A stretch of 64,000 bases of DNA from Dendrobates tinctorius (lineage: Eukaryota): positions 33,294,001-33,358,000 of the forward strand of contig NW_027361696.1 of NCBI RefSeq assembly GCF_039654945.1. The letters are read 5' to 3'. This document shows positions 10,363-24,600 of this stretch, piece after piece. The position numbers and the translations under genes were made by a program. A model generated the notes under the pieces. The model did not search any database. It was not told the origin of the DNA and worked only from the letters and a program-made list of their open reading frames with translations. Numbering within the stretch: position 1 is the stretch's first letter; every line of letters starts with the position of its first letter.

Positions 10363-12615
10363 CTGCGAAGAAGGAAAGGAAGAGGATGAGAAAAGCAGGA
10401 ACCTTCATGCACAAGAATGTAACTCTTCAGCGCTGGGGCTTATTTTGGTGCTCGGGATCGCAGACATGATTATTAGTTTTTCATTCATTCATCCATGTGA
10501 CGCTTGTGGTTGTTTAGTGGCGGAGTTTTTTTATTAATTTAATATTGGCGTGGCGGGAGCATAGCACTTACTCCAGAAATGTTACTCACTTTTTGGGTGA
10601 AAACCTGAAAGAAAAAAAAATGCAATGCTGCCTTCTTTTGCATTTTTTAAATTTTGCACCCTTCACCGTGCGGCATAAACAAGGTGTTACTATGGCTCGG
10701 TGAGAGGACACAGAACAGCTGTGACCTTTGTTGGGTTCTCACCTGTCATGGCAACCCAAGGTGCCAATCAAGTGACAGAACCTGTCAGCCGCCCACCGAT
10801 CATGATGTATGCATAACCTACACCAATACCAGATCGGTGGGGCAACAGCTGTGATGAGCTGATGAATGTCACTGCTCAGCCCTGTGTATTTTAAGGTTCG
10901 GACTTGCAATACCACACATAGCCCCCGAGTGGTGCTAGTTCTGGAATCACAGGATATGACTGTTTGGTTTTCCAAACAGCCTAGCAGGTAAGAGTTCAGA
11001 GGACTCTTCCATTTTGTAAGACAAGGAGGGATGCAATATCAGCAGCGTTCTAGCGCACCTCTGATAAATACTTTAAAGGGACAGCACAGGAGGCACAGAC
11101 AGAAGTCATGCTACACTCTGCACTGTGATTGACAGATTTTCCTTTATTCGAAAGTTTCCTTGTCAATTTGACATGACTGCAAGAATTCAGAAGATCTGCA
11201 AATTTGCCTTTTCAGGAGGTAAAAATACAGTATTTGGTATTTGGAGAATGCAAGTTTACAATTTGGCTCATCTTCCGAGACCACCAATTTTTTTTTTTTT
11301 TTTGTCTGGATGGGTTATGGAACAACACTGACCTTTTTCAGCTTCTTTCCTCGTGAAGATACAGACTCGGTCTCTGTATAAGGCGGAGGTGGCGGTGGGA
11401 AATCATCATCATCATCGTTGCGGCGGTTGTTTCTTCTGCCCTCCGAGCGAGAGGAATTGGCGACACTATCCAATCCATCGCGGCTGCCGGCTCTCTGCTG
11501 CTGCTTCCGTCTCAGGGCGTCTTCAAGGAAGCGATCGTCATACTCTGGGTCTTGGCGGGAGCGGTCGTAATCCCGGAGGTCATCTCTACTCCTGCTCCTT
11601 TTACCTCCATAATACTCATCGCGAGGGTCTGGGGAGCGTGCATCTCTTCCCCTGCCGTAGCCTCTGCTGCTGTCGTCATCTTCCGAGCTTCGTCTTCCTC
11701 GGCTTCGGTTCTCTGTAGGGTCGCGGTAACGATCTCTTCTCTCCAGGTCATCCAAGTCGTCCATCGATCGGGTACGTGCTCGCCTCTCCCCGCGGTAAAA
11801 GTCGTCATTGTAGTCGTGTGGTCGCTGCGGGGGACGTCGGTAGCCGCTCTCCGGGAGACTTTCCAACTCGATGTCCTGGATTGGAGACATGGCCTGATTC
11901 CGCAACCGGCCAAGATCGTTGCGCAGGTTATTTCTGTGATCTTCCTCATGCAATGAGCTGACCTCACTCATCGCACACGCTGGGGAGAAAAAGCAGAAAA
12001 ATCAAGGTCGTATGACGGCAGGTTGGTTTGAAGATGCAGAGTCTGAACAGGAAGCCCAAGGAAATTCCTGATCAAGACAGATTGCAAAGTTAATATGCAA
12101 AAAGGGGGTAAATTGTTGCAATTGGTCTTCATTAAAAATTCTGCACCATTTGCTTTCTACAGCCTCAGCTTTTGCATTGTCTACTGATGGCTGCAAAATG
12201 AGCTAACAGAGAATCTGTCAGTGAGCTCGGTCTCATCAGTGAGTTTGTAACCCAATGTCTTTCAGTGCTCCTTGCCAAAGCAGAATGTGCAGGGAAACAA
12301 AAGCCACTAAAACCAAAACCGTGCAAAATTTTTAATGAAACTGAAATGCAAAAGTGATTTTTCAGCACTGAATACATGCACTTATGGAAAAACAAAAAAG
12401 GGACTATTCCAATAGTGTGGCAGTTCTGCTGATCCAGCACCAGGGATGTAATATGAATACATAAAATATAACAGATAACTTACTGTTCTCAAATCTGCTG
12501 TTTTGAGGTCCTGGTCTGGTTGGATCGAAGTTTGCCAGCTCCTTCTCCATGTAGTAGAGGACCCTCATAGAATCATCCTGCTGGTTGGCCTGGATGCGGT
12601 AGCCACTTCGAACTG

Positions 12616-12651
<36 letters not shown>

Positions 12652-15600
12652 GACATAATCAAACTCAAGATAACAAATCACACAGACAAAAAAAAAAAAA
12701 AAACCCAAAAAACTTTTTACCAGATACTGGTGCATCGTTGTCCCGAAGAAGTGGCGCCTGAGAGCTGTGTCCGCCCACTGAAAGGACAGAAAAAGAAAAA
12801 AATTTAATGCAAAAGTAGTAATAAATCCGCAGTCCCAGGGCACAACCCTTCCCTGCTGAGTGCTGCGGTCTGACCCCAGGATTTATTCTCTGGTCCCGGC
12901 ACCGGTCAGAGTGAACAGCAGCAGTTTTATCCTTCAAGGGTCGGTCCATAGCTGAGCTGAAAAAATTCACTCCAGATTTTGAACTGAATCTGCTGACACC
13001 AATAATAAAAGGTCCTGCAGGGTCTGAGATTAGCTGACAGATCACCACGGGACCTTTATAAAAAAAATTAAAAAAAAGGTTCAGACTGCCATCAGATCCT
13101 CACCGGAGCTCGCTGCGTCGTAATCATAGCCATTGTACATCTTTACGACAGATCCTGGTGGTGGTGGCATTTTCACCTGGTGGGAGTACATGGAAGGAGC
13201 GTAGACACTGGGGGCATACATGCTGGGTACCCCGGCAGTGGCCGCCTTCCCGGCTTCATATACTGTGTGGAATAGAGAGATCAATTACACATGTTATATA
13301 GCAAAGTAATCAAGACACCATACCTGCTGTCTCCACTAGGGGGAGCTCACTACATAGATTTATACAGCTACCACTAGAAGGAGCCCACTGCATACAGATT
13401 TATACAGACAACTAGAAGGAACTCACTACATACAGATTTATAATGTCACCACTAGGAGGTGCTCACTACAAACAGATTTATGTCACCACTAAGGGGAGCT
13501 CACTACATACAGATTTATAACGTCACCACTAGGAGGTGCTCACTACATACAGATTTATACAGTCCCCACTAGAGGGAGCTCACTACATACAGATTTATAA
13601 CGTCACCACTAGGAGGTGCTCACTACATACAGATTTATACAGTCACCACTAGAGGGAGCTCACTACATACAGATTTATAACGTCACCACTAGGAGGTGCT
13701 CACTACATACAGATTTATACAGTCACCACTAGAGGGAGCTCACTACATACAGATTTATAACGTCACCACTAGGAGGTGTTCACTATATACAGATTTATAC
13801 AGTCATCACTAGGGGGAGCTCACTACATACAGATTTATAATGTCACCACTACATACAGATTTATACAGTCACCACTAGGGGGAGCTCACTACATACAGAT
13901 TTATATAATGTCACCACTAGGAGGCGCTCACTACATACAGATTTATAATGTCACCACTACAGGGCGCTCACAACATACAGATTTATAATTTTACCACTAG
14001 GAGGAGCTCACTACATACAGATTTACATAATTATAAATCCATATGCTGTGAGCTCCCCCTTGTGGTAATGGCAGTCGGCCACAATTTTAACATTTATCAC
14101 AAAACAAATATGTATAAGGATATTAATTAGCACAGACTTTTGTAACTTTTTTCGTACTTACATATCTTCAAAGTATTATTAATGTGAGAGAAGGGGCATC
14201 AGAAGAACTAAGGATGAACCTCTGACATTTCTAGACCACATTGGCTGTGATAGATCTTAAAGTGACAGCAATAGTGTATAACATTGCCAGAATGTAGCCT
14301 AATCCCTGTTTTATGGGAAGAGACTCAGCTAATACAGCCCAAGCTGAACGGCGCCATCTACATGCATTAATATGCGAAATGCAGTGTCTGCGGCAGTACA
14401 CGTACAAGCTCTGGGGCAGCAGCACTTCTCAGGGCAGCATGGACACCGCACATAACAGCAGCAGGTGTGTGGGCAGCACTGGCACCAGCAGATCCCAATC
14501 ATGAGCACGAGGAAAAATCCAGCGAGGACGACAAGTACCACAAAAAGCCAGTCTGGAAAAGACGAGAGACAAAAAAATGTCACAGTCAGCAGGAGAAAAA
14601 GGGTCAAAAGGCTCATTAATCCTTAGTCAGGGCACAGACGCCGTGATGCTGCACAGACGCTGGAGCAATAAAGCGCTGACAGTAAGCAGGACGGAGGTTT
14701 CCCGTCATCACATCATCTGTATCCTGCACATGGCGGCTCATTACCGAGGCCTCGCAGGAAGAGGAATGGAAAGCTCTGCAGCTTCGGGGAGCGATCACTC
14801 ACCACTTACAAGACTACTGCTTACTGTCAGTGAATGGAAACATTCTGGTTTGCTAACAATGTATCAGTGCAGGCAATCCGAAACAAAGACAGTAAAAAAA
14901 TCTACGCAGTGCTACACTGTAACAAACCTTCAGCTGTGAGGAAATGGTTTTTAGTTCACAAAAAAGACCAATGTTTGAGGGCAGATTTGCTTAAAAGTAT
15001 AGTATAACAGGAAAGAAAGCATCTTATTTCTATCTCAAAGGAGAGGTTACATATCACTACGATATGCAATCATTTTAAGAACTGTGGGAAGGGGATCGGT
15101 GCACAGCCGGCGCCACTCCCACTGCAGCCGAGTAGCCGGCGCCACTCCCTCCGCAGGCGAGCATCCGGTGCCACTCCCACAGTCGTGCAGCCACAGCATC
15201 TCCCCCCGCAGCTGAGCAGCCGGCGCATCTCCCCCGCAGCAGAGACGCTACTGTGCATCCAGCAGCATCCCATAGCACCACAGGTTCCGCACAGTTCCTG
15301 CTCATATAGACCAGTGTAAATGAGGTCCAAAAGGTAGAAAAATATGCACAAAAGAAAAGGCAGCTTCATACAAGCTGGGGATACGCAGAGCTTTCTGCCA
15401 AGTGCTTGACTGATGAGAATCCCTCACCGTGAGATAAATAGCTTTGTGCATCCCCAGCTCAATATTAGGATTATAAAATACACCATCTACAATGCACCAT
15501 CCACAGCACCGCTCCTGTACAGAGACGCCTCCCCAGTAGTGATGTGTGCAGTATCCACCATCACAACTACAGCGCAAGAGAGAAAACCAAAAGCAAAGCC

Positions 15601-18600
15601 GCAGAGATCAGAACGGATCGCTGCTCTCACACCGCACCAGCTCATTGTTCTATGCGACTACTTGAGAAGGAGGGGTAGATTGTACCAAAAAAGAAACCAC
15701 CATGGCCTGCACTAGTCTGCAAAAGAGAGGGGGCAATGAATTAAATTATTAGCAACTTATCGATTGCCCCCCCAGGACGCACACCGATCTTGAGATTGTG
15801 GCTCTGAAGAGGGGAGATAGAGAGGATGAACGGGGTCACATGTGCGGCCATCGCCCTTTTGAGCCGCAATCCACAGTGACCGGCAACCTGTGCAAAATTC
15901 GTAACCCTTCACCAAATCCGACCCCCTGCCATTGCTGCACTATATCATGGCTCATCATGGATGGAGCGGTTACCTTCCATGTTATCTATCTGAAAGTCTG
16001 GTAATAGTTCAGAGCCCTCTGATGTTCTGCCTATAGGACAAAAGAAACACAAGTTACTAAATAGAGATCTGGACTGGATCTTCATTGTATTTTTTTTTTT
16101 TTTTTGCAGAGGGGGCTAGTGAGAAAATCCCTGCCCCCACCAACCGCCCACCCCGCCAAAAATCCCTGCCTCCCGCCCACCCCTCCAAAACAAAACTGAA
16201 ATGTTAAAATAAAGATGGACGGATTACACCGGCTCTCACTAATGCAATGCTATGTCATCTATTCATGCACCAGGAGGCTCAGGATGAACAGAGCTGGAAA
16301 TGTTCTAATGTTAAATGCTGTAGAGAAAGGAAGTGCGGCAACACGAGAAGAAGAAAAGAATACAAGTGGTCAGAGGAGTCACTGCAACCACCAATAGTGA
16401 AAATCACCCCCTCGCGCCTCCAGACTCTAAGGCTGGGTTCACACGTAGCGGAACTCTCGCGGAAATTACAGCGAGAATTCTGGAATTCCATTCCACGGGA
16501 AAATCGCATTTTAAATTCACACGATTTTCCCGCAGAAAAACTAGCATTTTGCAAGCGTAATTAGTTTGCAGAATTGCTAGCGTTTTCCAAGCGATCTGGA
16601 GCATCACTTGGAGAACTGATTGACAGGTTGGTCACACTCGTGAAACATAGTGTTTGACGAGTGTGACCACCTTTTTACTATTCAGGCCGCCTATGTGGCC
16701 TCAATAGTAAAAGATAGAATGTAAAAAATAATAAAAAAAAAAATATTGTTATTCTCACCTTCCGACATCCCGCGCATCCTTCCCGCCTCTCTCCACGCTC
16801 CCGGTCCCAGTAATCCTTTGCGACAATTACCGCGATGACGTCTGTTCTCGCGGGTTCGCGACGTGTCGTGCGAATGACCGTGAGACTTCGCGATCCCACG
16901 AGAACGGACGTCATCGCTCGCAAAGGCTTACTGGGACCGGGAGCGTGGAGAGAGGCGGGAAGGCTGTGTGGGACGTCGGAAGGTGAGAATAACAATATTT
17001 TTTATTTTAAATTCTACTTCTTACAGGGATATGGTACCCAAAACCCAGAGGACAGTCTCCTCTCCTCCGGACCGTTGGTACCATCCGCAAATGTTCTGCT
17101 TACTTTTCGCATGGTGTGCACAGCCACATGCGGAAAGTAAGCAGAACAATGCATTCCTATGGGTGCGGGATCACCGTGATTCCGTGAAATTAATGAGCAT
17201 GCTGCGGTTCTTTGCCGCAAAGCGATTCCGCCGCGGTAAAAACCGCAGCATTAGCACAGCATTGCAGAATCCCATAGGAATGCATGGGATGCTTATTTTT
17301 CGTGGCAAAATCGCATGGATAAAACCGCCGTGGAAACGCGAAAAAATGCCATGTGTGAACTCAGCCATAATGCACTGTTTTGCACAACTGTGCCCTGACA
17401 TAGAAATCTCACAGATAACTGAGGAATACGGATCATTTCCTAAAACAAACACTAGATGGCAGCATTCACCAGCAGATAATTCCGCAGCTTTATAAAGGCG
17501 ACAGAAAAAAACAGTTCAAATTCAAAGATTCTTTATTGGCAGGACCAAACAAACAGTTTTGCCAAACCAAATATTCAGTAGGGAAAAGGGATAGGGACTG
17601 TAGGAATGATGGATGGGGCACATCAGTGGGGGGGGGGGCTGGGCTAAGGAGGTCCATGGCATATAATCATTGCCTTTCTTGCAGCCTATGGCCGTGCTCA
17701 CATACTGCGCTGCCATCTCCTCCACACTCTTCCCCCCCCCCCCCCCAGCAGGAAATATCTTTTCTCTTCCTCCTATATGGAGCAGAAATTCGGAAATAGA
17801 TCGGAGTCTCCTGAAGTCATAACCACAATAATCCACTAGAAATGGTGAATGTACTGCAGGAGCATCACACCACGGGTAGATCCCAACATCCAACCCAATC
17901 ATCAATGCTTGTAAAAAGGTCATCACGGTCAAGTAACACAGAGTCAACAGCAAGAAGGGTCTGAGCTGTGTCCTTCTGCGTTATATCCTGTATTATACCG
18001 CAGAGCTGCACTATTCTGCTGCTGCAGTCACTGTGTACATACATTACATTTCTGATCCTGAGTTAAATCAAGTATTATACTCCAGGGCTGCACTCACTGT
18101 GTACATACATTACTGATCCTGTACTGATCCTGTATTATACTCCAGAGCTGCACTCACTATTCTGTTGGTGCAGTCACTGTGTTCATACATTACTGATCCT
18201 GAGTTGCATCCTGTATTATACCCCAGAGCTGCACTCACTGTTCTGCTGGTACAGTCACTGTGTACATACATTACTGATCCTGAGTTACATCCTGTATTAT
18301 ACACCAGAGCTGCACTCACTATTCTGCTGGTGCAGTCACTGTGTACATACATTACTGATCCTGAGTTACATCCTGTATTATCCTCCAGAGCTGCACTCAC
18401 TGTTCTGCTGGTGGAGTCAGTGTGTACATACATTACATTACTGATCCTGAGTTACATCCTGTATTATACACGAGAGCTGCACTCACTATTCTGTTGGTGC
18501 AGTCACTGTGTACATACATTACATTACTGATCCTGAGTTACATCCTGTATTATACACCAGAGCTGCACTCACTATTCTGCTGGTGCAGTCACTGTGTACA

Positions 18601-21600
18601 TACATTACATTACTGATCCTAAGTTACATCCTGTATTATACTCCAGAGCTGCACTCACTATTCTGCTGATGCAGTCACTGTGTACATACATTACTGATCC
18701 TGAGTTACATCCTGTATTATCCTCCAGAGCTGCACTCACTGTTCTGCTGGTACAGTCACTGTGTACATACACTACATTACATTACTTATCCTGAGTTACA
18801 GGGGTTGGACAAAATAATGGAAACGCCTAACGTTTTGGCATCATAATCTTCGCACATGTTATAAACATGCAAACTGTGAGATATGGTAATGTTTTGTAGT
18901 TGATTATTTGCGTTATGTGATATGTGTATGTAAACTGTTTGTTTTGCAGAATTGTTAGAACATTGATGAGAACCTGATACCAATGGCAGACCTCTCGGAT
19001 TTTCAAAGAGGCCAAATTGTTGGTGCTCGTATGGCAGGCGCTAGTGTAACAGAAAGTGCCCGAATGCTTGGCGTGTCAAGAGGTACTGTCTCGAAATGAC
19101 TGCGTTTGAAAGAGAAGGAAAAGCGTCCGCAGCAAAGCACAGGTCCGGCCGAAAGTCGAAGTTGACTGAGAGACCGTTGGACTCTAAAGCAAATTGTGAG
19201 AGAGGATCGCAAGACCACAGCTCCGAAAATCACTGCTGAGCTCAATGAACACCTACAGAACCCAGTTTCCACAAAAACTGTTCGTGGGGAGCTGCACAAA
19301 TCTGGATTCCACGGAAGAGCTGCAATTCGAAAACTCCTGCTCTTAATGACAAATGTTTCCAAGCGTTTAGAGTGGTGTAGAAACCTCCAGAATTGGTCCC
19401 TCGAGCAGTGCAAACATGTGATATTCTCAGACGAATCATCGTTTACCCTATTTCCGACCTTCGGCCGAGTGTAGGTTTGGAGACAGCCGAAAGAAGCATT
19501 CCATCCAGACTGCCTTCTCCCAACCGTAAAACATGGCGGAGGTTCTGTGATGATCTGGGGTGCAGATCCGCCAGGCCAATGATATCCCTTCATGGAAGAA
19601 TGAACAGCCGCAATTATTTAGGCATGTTGGACGACCAAGTGCATCCTATTGTTCAAGCACTGTTCCCGGAGGGGAACGCCATCTTTCAGGATGATAATGC
19701 ACCAATTCATACAGCTAGAATCATTAAAGCATGGCACGAGGAACATTGTAATGAAGTTAAGCATGTCATCTGGCCCCCACAATCCCCAGACCTCACGGAC
19801 ACTGCAACATTTTTTCTTCTTGACGGACCGCTATTTTCATGTGCGCATGCCCAGAAGCTTTGCTCCGAGATCATTTTTAACCCAGTAATGCCGTTCCGAG
19901 ATCGTGAAAAAAAATTCTCTCTCTCTCGTTTTTCCGGGCATGGGTTCCTTTAAATTTCAACCTTCGCAGGACTCGTCAAAACAACGGTCCGGTGCCACAC
20001 GTTGCTGTCATTCCGCCGACAGATCCGTTTTCCGCCATTTTCCCGGATTACAACTGATCTGAAAAACGGACGTGTGAAACAGGCCTTAGACGTCGATTTC
20101 CGCCGTCATTGTCGCTCAAAGAACTGGAGGGTGTTTTAACTGAAGAATGGGCTAAAATTCCTTTGGAAACAATTCACACCTTGTATGAATCCATCTCGGA
20201 CAATTGAGGCTGTAATCGCCGCAGAAGTGTTTCTATTTTGTCCAACCCCTGTACAGCCTGTATTATACTCCAGAGCTGCACTCACTATTCTGCTGGTGCA
20301 GTCACTGTGTACATACATTACTGATCCTGAGTTACCTCCTGTATTATACTCCAGAGCTGCACTCACTGTTCTGCTGGTGCAGTCACTGTGTATATACATT
20401 ACTGATTCTGAGTTACACCCTGTATTATACTCCAGAGCTGCACTCACTATTCTGCTGGTGCAGTCACTGTGTATATACATTACTGATTCTGAGTTACACC
20501 CTGTATTATACTCCAGAGCTGCACTCACTATTCTGCTGGTGCAGTCACTGTGTACATACATTACTGATCCTGAGTTACATCCTATGTGATACTTCAGAGC
20601 TGCATTCACTATTCTGCTGGTGCAGACACTGTGTATATACACTACATTACTGATCCTGAGTTACATTCTGTATTATACTCCAGAGCTGCACTCACTATTC
20701 TGCTGGTGCAGTCACTGTGTACATACATTACTGATCCTGAGTTACATTCTGTATTATACTCCAGAGCTGAACTCACTATTCTGCTGGTGCAGTCACATTA
20801 CTGGTCCTATTCTGATACCAGGGGTATTTAGCGTTTCCACAGAGAAGCTATGTGCAGACACTGAACATGCAGGAGATTCGCTTGGCATGCGCAGCGTCGC
20901 CTCTCCTGTGCAGATGATGAGGATATTCTTACCCAACACCATGAGCTCAGCGTAGGCTTCATTGTTCCCAGTCAGGTCCTGCGCAGAGAAGACTGTACAG
21001 TAGTAGACGCCACTGTCACCCCAGGCCGTCTGATCAAAGGTGAGATCTGCATCTGGAAAGACCATAAAGCAGAAGGTCGCGTCACCTGAACACTGCGGGG
21101 TGTAATGGCGCCTAGGGTGACCCTCTCCACCTACTGTTATTTATGGTGATTTTCCGCCCCTGGTAATACTGCCCCAGGGTGACCGTGTTGCTCTGCTTGG
21201 TGGCCACGATCCGCACGGTCCGGCTGCTGTCCTGGCACTCCACGTACGGGTTGTAACCAGCCTGCTGCATCAGGTTGTTGGTAGTGGAGTCCATGCTGGA
21301 GCTGGAGCTGAAGGCGTCCGCGATCCGATCTCTGCAGTAGGACTTGAACTTCCAGGTGACAATAGGGGGCGTCAGAGAGCTGGTGTCGTACGAGCACTGC
21401 AGTGTGATGGGCTGGAACAAGATGACCACGTTGAAGGGATTCTTCACGGTTACCAACATGGCTGAGGCGGTCCCTGCAAACAGACGAGACGGAGACTGAA
21501 CAGCGAGAACACAAAGTATGGGGGTATTCCCATCACATACCACAGAGAAGCCCCTCTCATGCAGCCCTTACATTAATCTGCTGCTGATTTTGTGGGACGG

Positions 21601-24600
21601 AAATTGCGCTGCATTTCACATTTGCAGAAAAGCGAAATTTATCAAAATCTTTTCTACGTGCAGAATAACAAAAATTTAAATAGAAATCTGCAAGGATTTT
21701 TGAGGATTTTCTCTATATGTGAAGTCTCCATAAACACCACGGAGTCAGGCTGCAATGTCTCCCTGACACATTCCTGCCGGGCTGCAGTACATGGTAGTGT
21801 CCAGGAGGTGGCGGCAGTGCGTGTGCAGGTATGGGCTCTTGTTATTGTGCTGGCTGCTCCCATTCCAGCCCTCCTGCAGTGCACCAGTAACAGCCAGCCG
21901 CTCCCCGGCCTGACCCTGACAGCTCAACCCCTACAGCATCGAAACCAGAGGGGAACTGTCAGCACAAGTCACCGAAATATAAACGCCAGAATTAGCAGAA
22001 AAATGTACTACCCCGATAATAGACGGGGGGCGCTATATTACAACTGCCATACCTGATCTGGAGGGAAATGTCCGGAAGCTGGAGGCAAATCCTCAGTAAT
22101 TGTGAACCAATGTCCTGGAAACAACGTAACGAGGCAAAAACGGAGATGGGAACCCAATAAGAAAAATCATCCACCGCATACAACAACGCCGCCCCATAAT
22201 GCACCGCATACAACAACGCCGCCCCATAATGCACCGCATACAACAACGCCGCCCCATAATGCACCGCATACAACAACGCCGTCCCATAATGCACCGCATA
22301 CAACAACGCCGTCCCATAATGCACCGCATACAACGCCGCCCCATAATGCACCGAATACAACAACGCCGCCCCATAATGCACCGAATACAACGCCGCCCCA
22401 TAATGCACCGAATACAACAACGCCGCCCCATAATGCACCGCATACAACAACGCCGCCCCATAATGCACCGCATACAACGCCGCCCCATAATGCACCGCAT
22501 ACAACAACGCCGCCCCATAATACAACGTATACAACAACGCCGCCCCATAATGCACCGTATACAATAACGCCGCCCCATAATGCACCGCATACAACAACGC
22601 CGCCCCATAATGCACCGCATACAACGCCGCCCCATAATGCACCGAATACAACAACGCCGCCCCATAATGCACCGAATACAACAACGCCGCCCCATAATGC
22701 ACCGAATACAACAACGCCGCCCCATAATGCACCGCATACAACAACGCCGCCCCATAATGCACCGCATACAACAACGCCGCCCCATAATGCACCGCATACA
22801 ACAACGCCGCCCCATAATGCACCGCATACAACAACGCCGCCCCATAATGCACCGCATACAACAACGCCGCCCCATAATGCACCGCATACAACAACGCCGC
22901 CCCATAATGCACCGCATACAACAACGCCGCCCCATAATGCACCGCATACAACAACGCCGCCCCATAATGCACCGTATACAACAACGCCGCCCCATAATGC
23001 ACCGTATACAACAACGCCGCCCCATAATGCACCGTATACAACGCCGCCCCATAATGCACCGTATACAACAACGCTGCCCCATAATACGCCGCCCCATAAT
23101 ACACCGTATACAATAACGCCGCCCCATAATACACCGTATACAATAACGCCGCCCCATAATGCACCGTATACAACAACGCCGCCCCATAATGCACCGTATA
23201 CAACAACGCCGCCCCATAATGCACCGTATACAACAACGCCGCCCCATAATGCACCGTATACAACAACGCCGCCCCATAATGCACCGTATACAACAACGCC
23301 GCCCCATAATGCACCGTATACAACAACGCCGCCCCATAATGCACCGTATACAACAACGCCGCCCCATAATGCACCGTATACAACAACGCCGCCCCATAAT
23401 GCACCGTATACAACAACGCCGCCCCATAATGCACCGTATACAACAACGCCGCCCCATAATGCACCGTATACAACAACGCCGCCCCATAATACAACGTATA
23501 CAACAACGCCGCCCCATAATACAACGTATACAATAACGCCGCCCCATAATACAACGTATACAACAACGCCGCCCCATAATACAACGTATACAACAACGCC
23601 GCCCCATAATACAACGTATACAACAACGCCGCCCCATAATACAACGTATACAATAACGCCGCCCCATAATACAACGTATACAATAACGCCGCCCCATAAT
23701 ACAACGTATACAATAACGCCGCCCCATAATACAACGTATACAATAACGCCGCCCCATAATACAACGTATACAATAACGCCGCCCCATAATACAACGTATA
23801 CAATAACGCCGCCCCATAATACAACGTATACAATAACGCCGCCCCATAATACAACGTATACAATAACGCCGCCCCATAATACAACGTATACAATAACGCC
23901 GCCCCATAATACAACGTATACAATAACGCCGCCCCATAATACAACGTATACAATAACGCCGCCCCATAATACAACGTATACAATAACGCCGCCCCATAAT
24001 ACAACGTATACAATAACGCCGCCCCATAATACATCGTATACAATAACGCCGCCCCATAATACATCTTATATAATAACGCCGCCCCATAATACATCGTATA
24101 TAACGCTTCCCCCGATACACTGTATATAACGCCACCATATAATAATGCCGCCCCATAATACACTGTATATAATAATGCTGCCCCCGTCCTATAATACACC
24201 GTAAATAACACTGCCCCCTTCAAGACACTGTATATAATATCTGTCCTCCCCCCATCATACAATAATTGTATATAACATCTGATATCACTGAACGCTGTGT
24301 GTCATGCAGCAGGGCTGAGGGCAGCGCCCGGCGTCTTTGGGGGCCGCCACTGTCCAGGCTTCATCTTATGACCTGTGCCCTGTGTACAGAGCGAAGCCCC
24401 CTCTGTGGTGCACAGGTGGTGGCTGTATCACACAGCCAGAGCCCAGCACTGCAACTTAAAGGGAACCTGTCACCCCCTCCAGACGATTTTAAGTAAAAGA
24501 GCCACCTTGTGCAGCACCAATGCTGCATTCTGTCAAGGTGGCGCTTTTATTTAGGGTACCTTCCACCGCAGAAATAAGCGTTTTTAAAATTGGTCAGACA

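Noticed and set aside
11353-11967. Overlapping ORFs on both strands
   Set aside because: They are shadows of GC-rich LSR exon 9.
21992-24262. 675-756 aa repetitive ORFs on both strands (mucin-like TTPPHN, YYGAALL, CIMGRR)
   Set aside because: They result from a 30/27-bp unit that lacks stops. The array is intronic in LSR, open in several frames at once, and has no gene structure.
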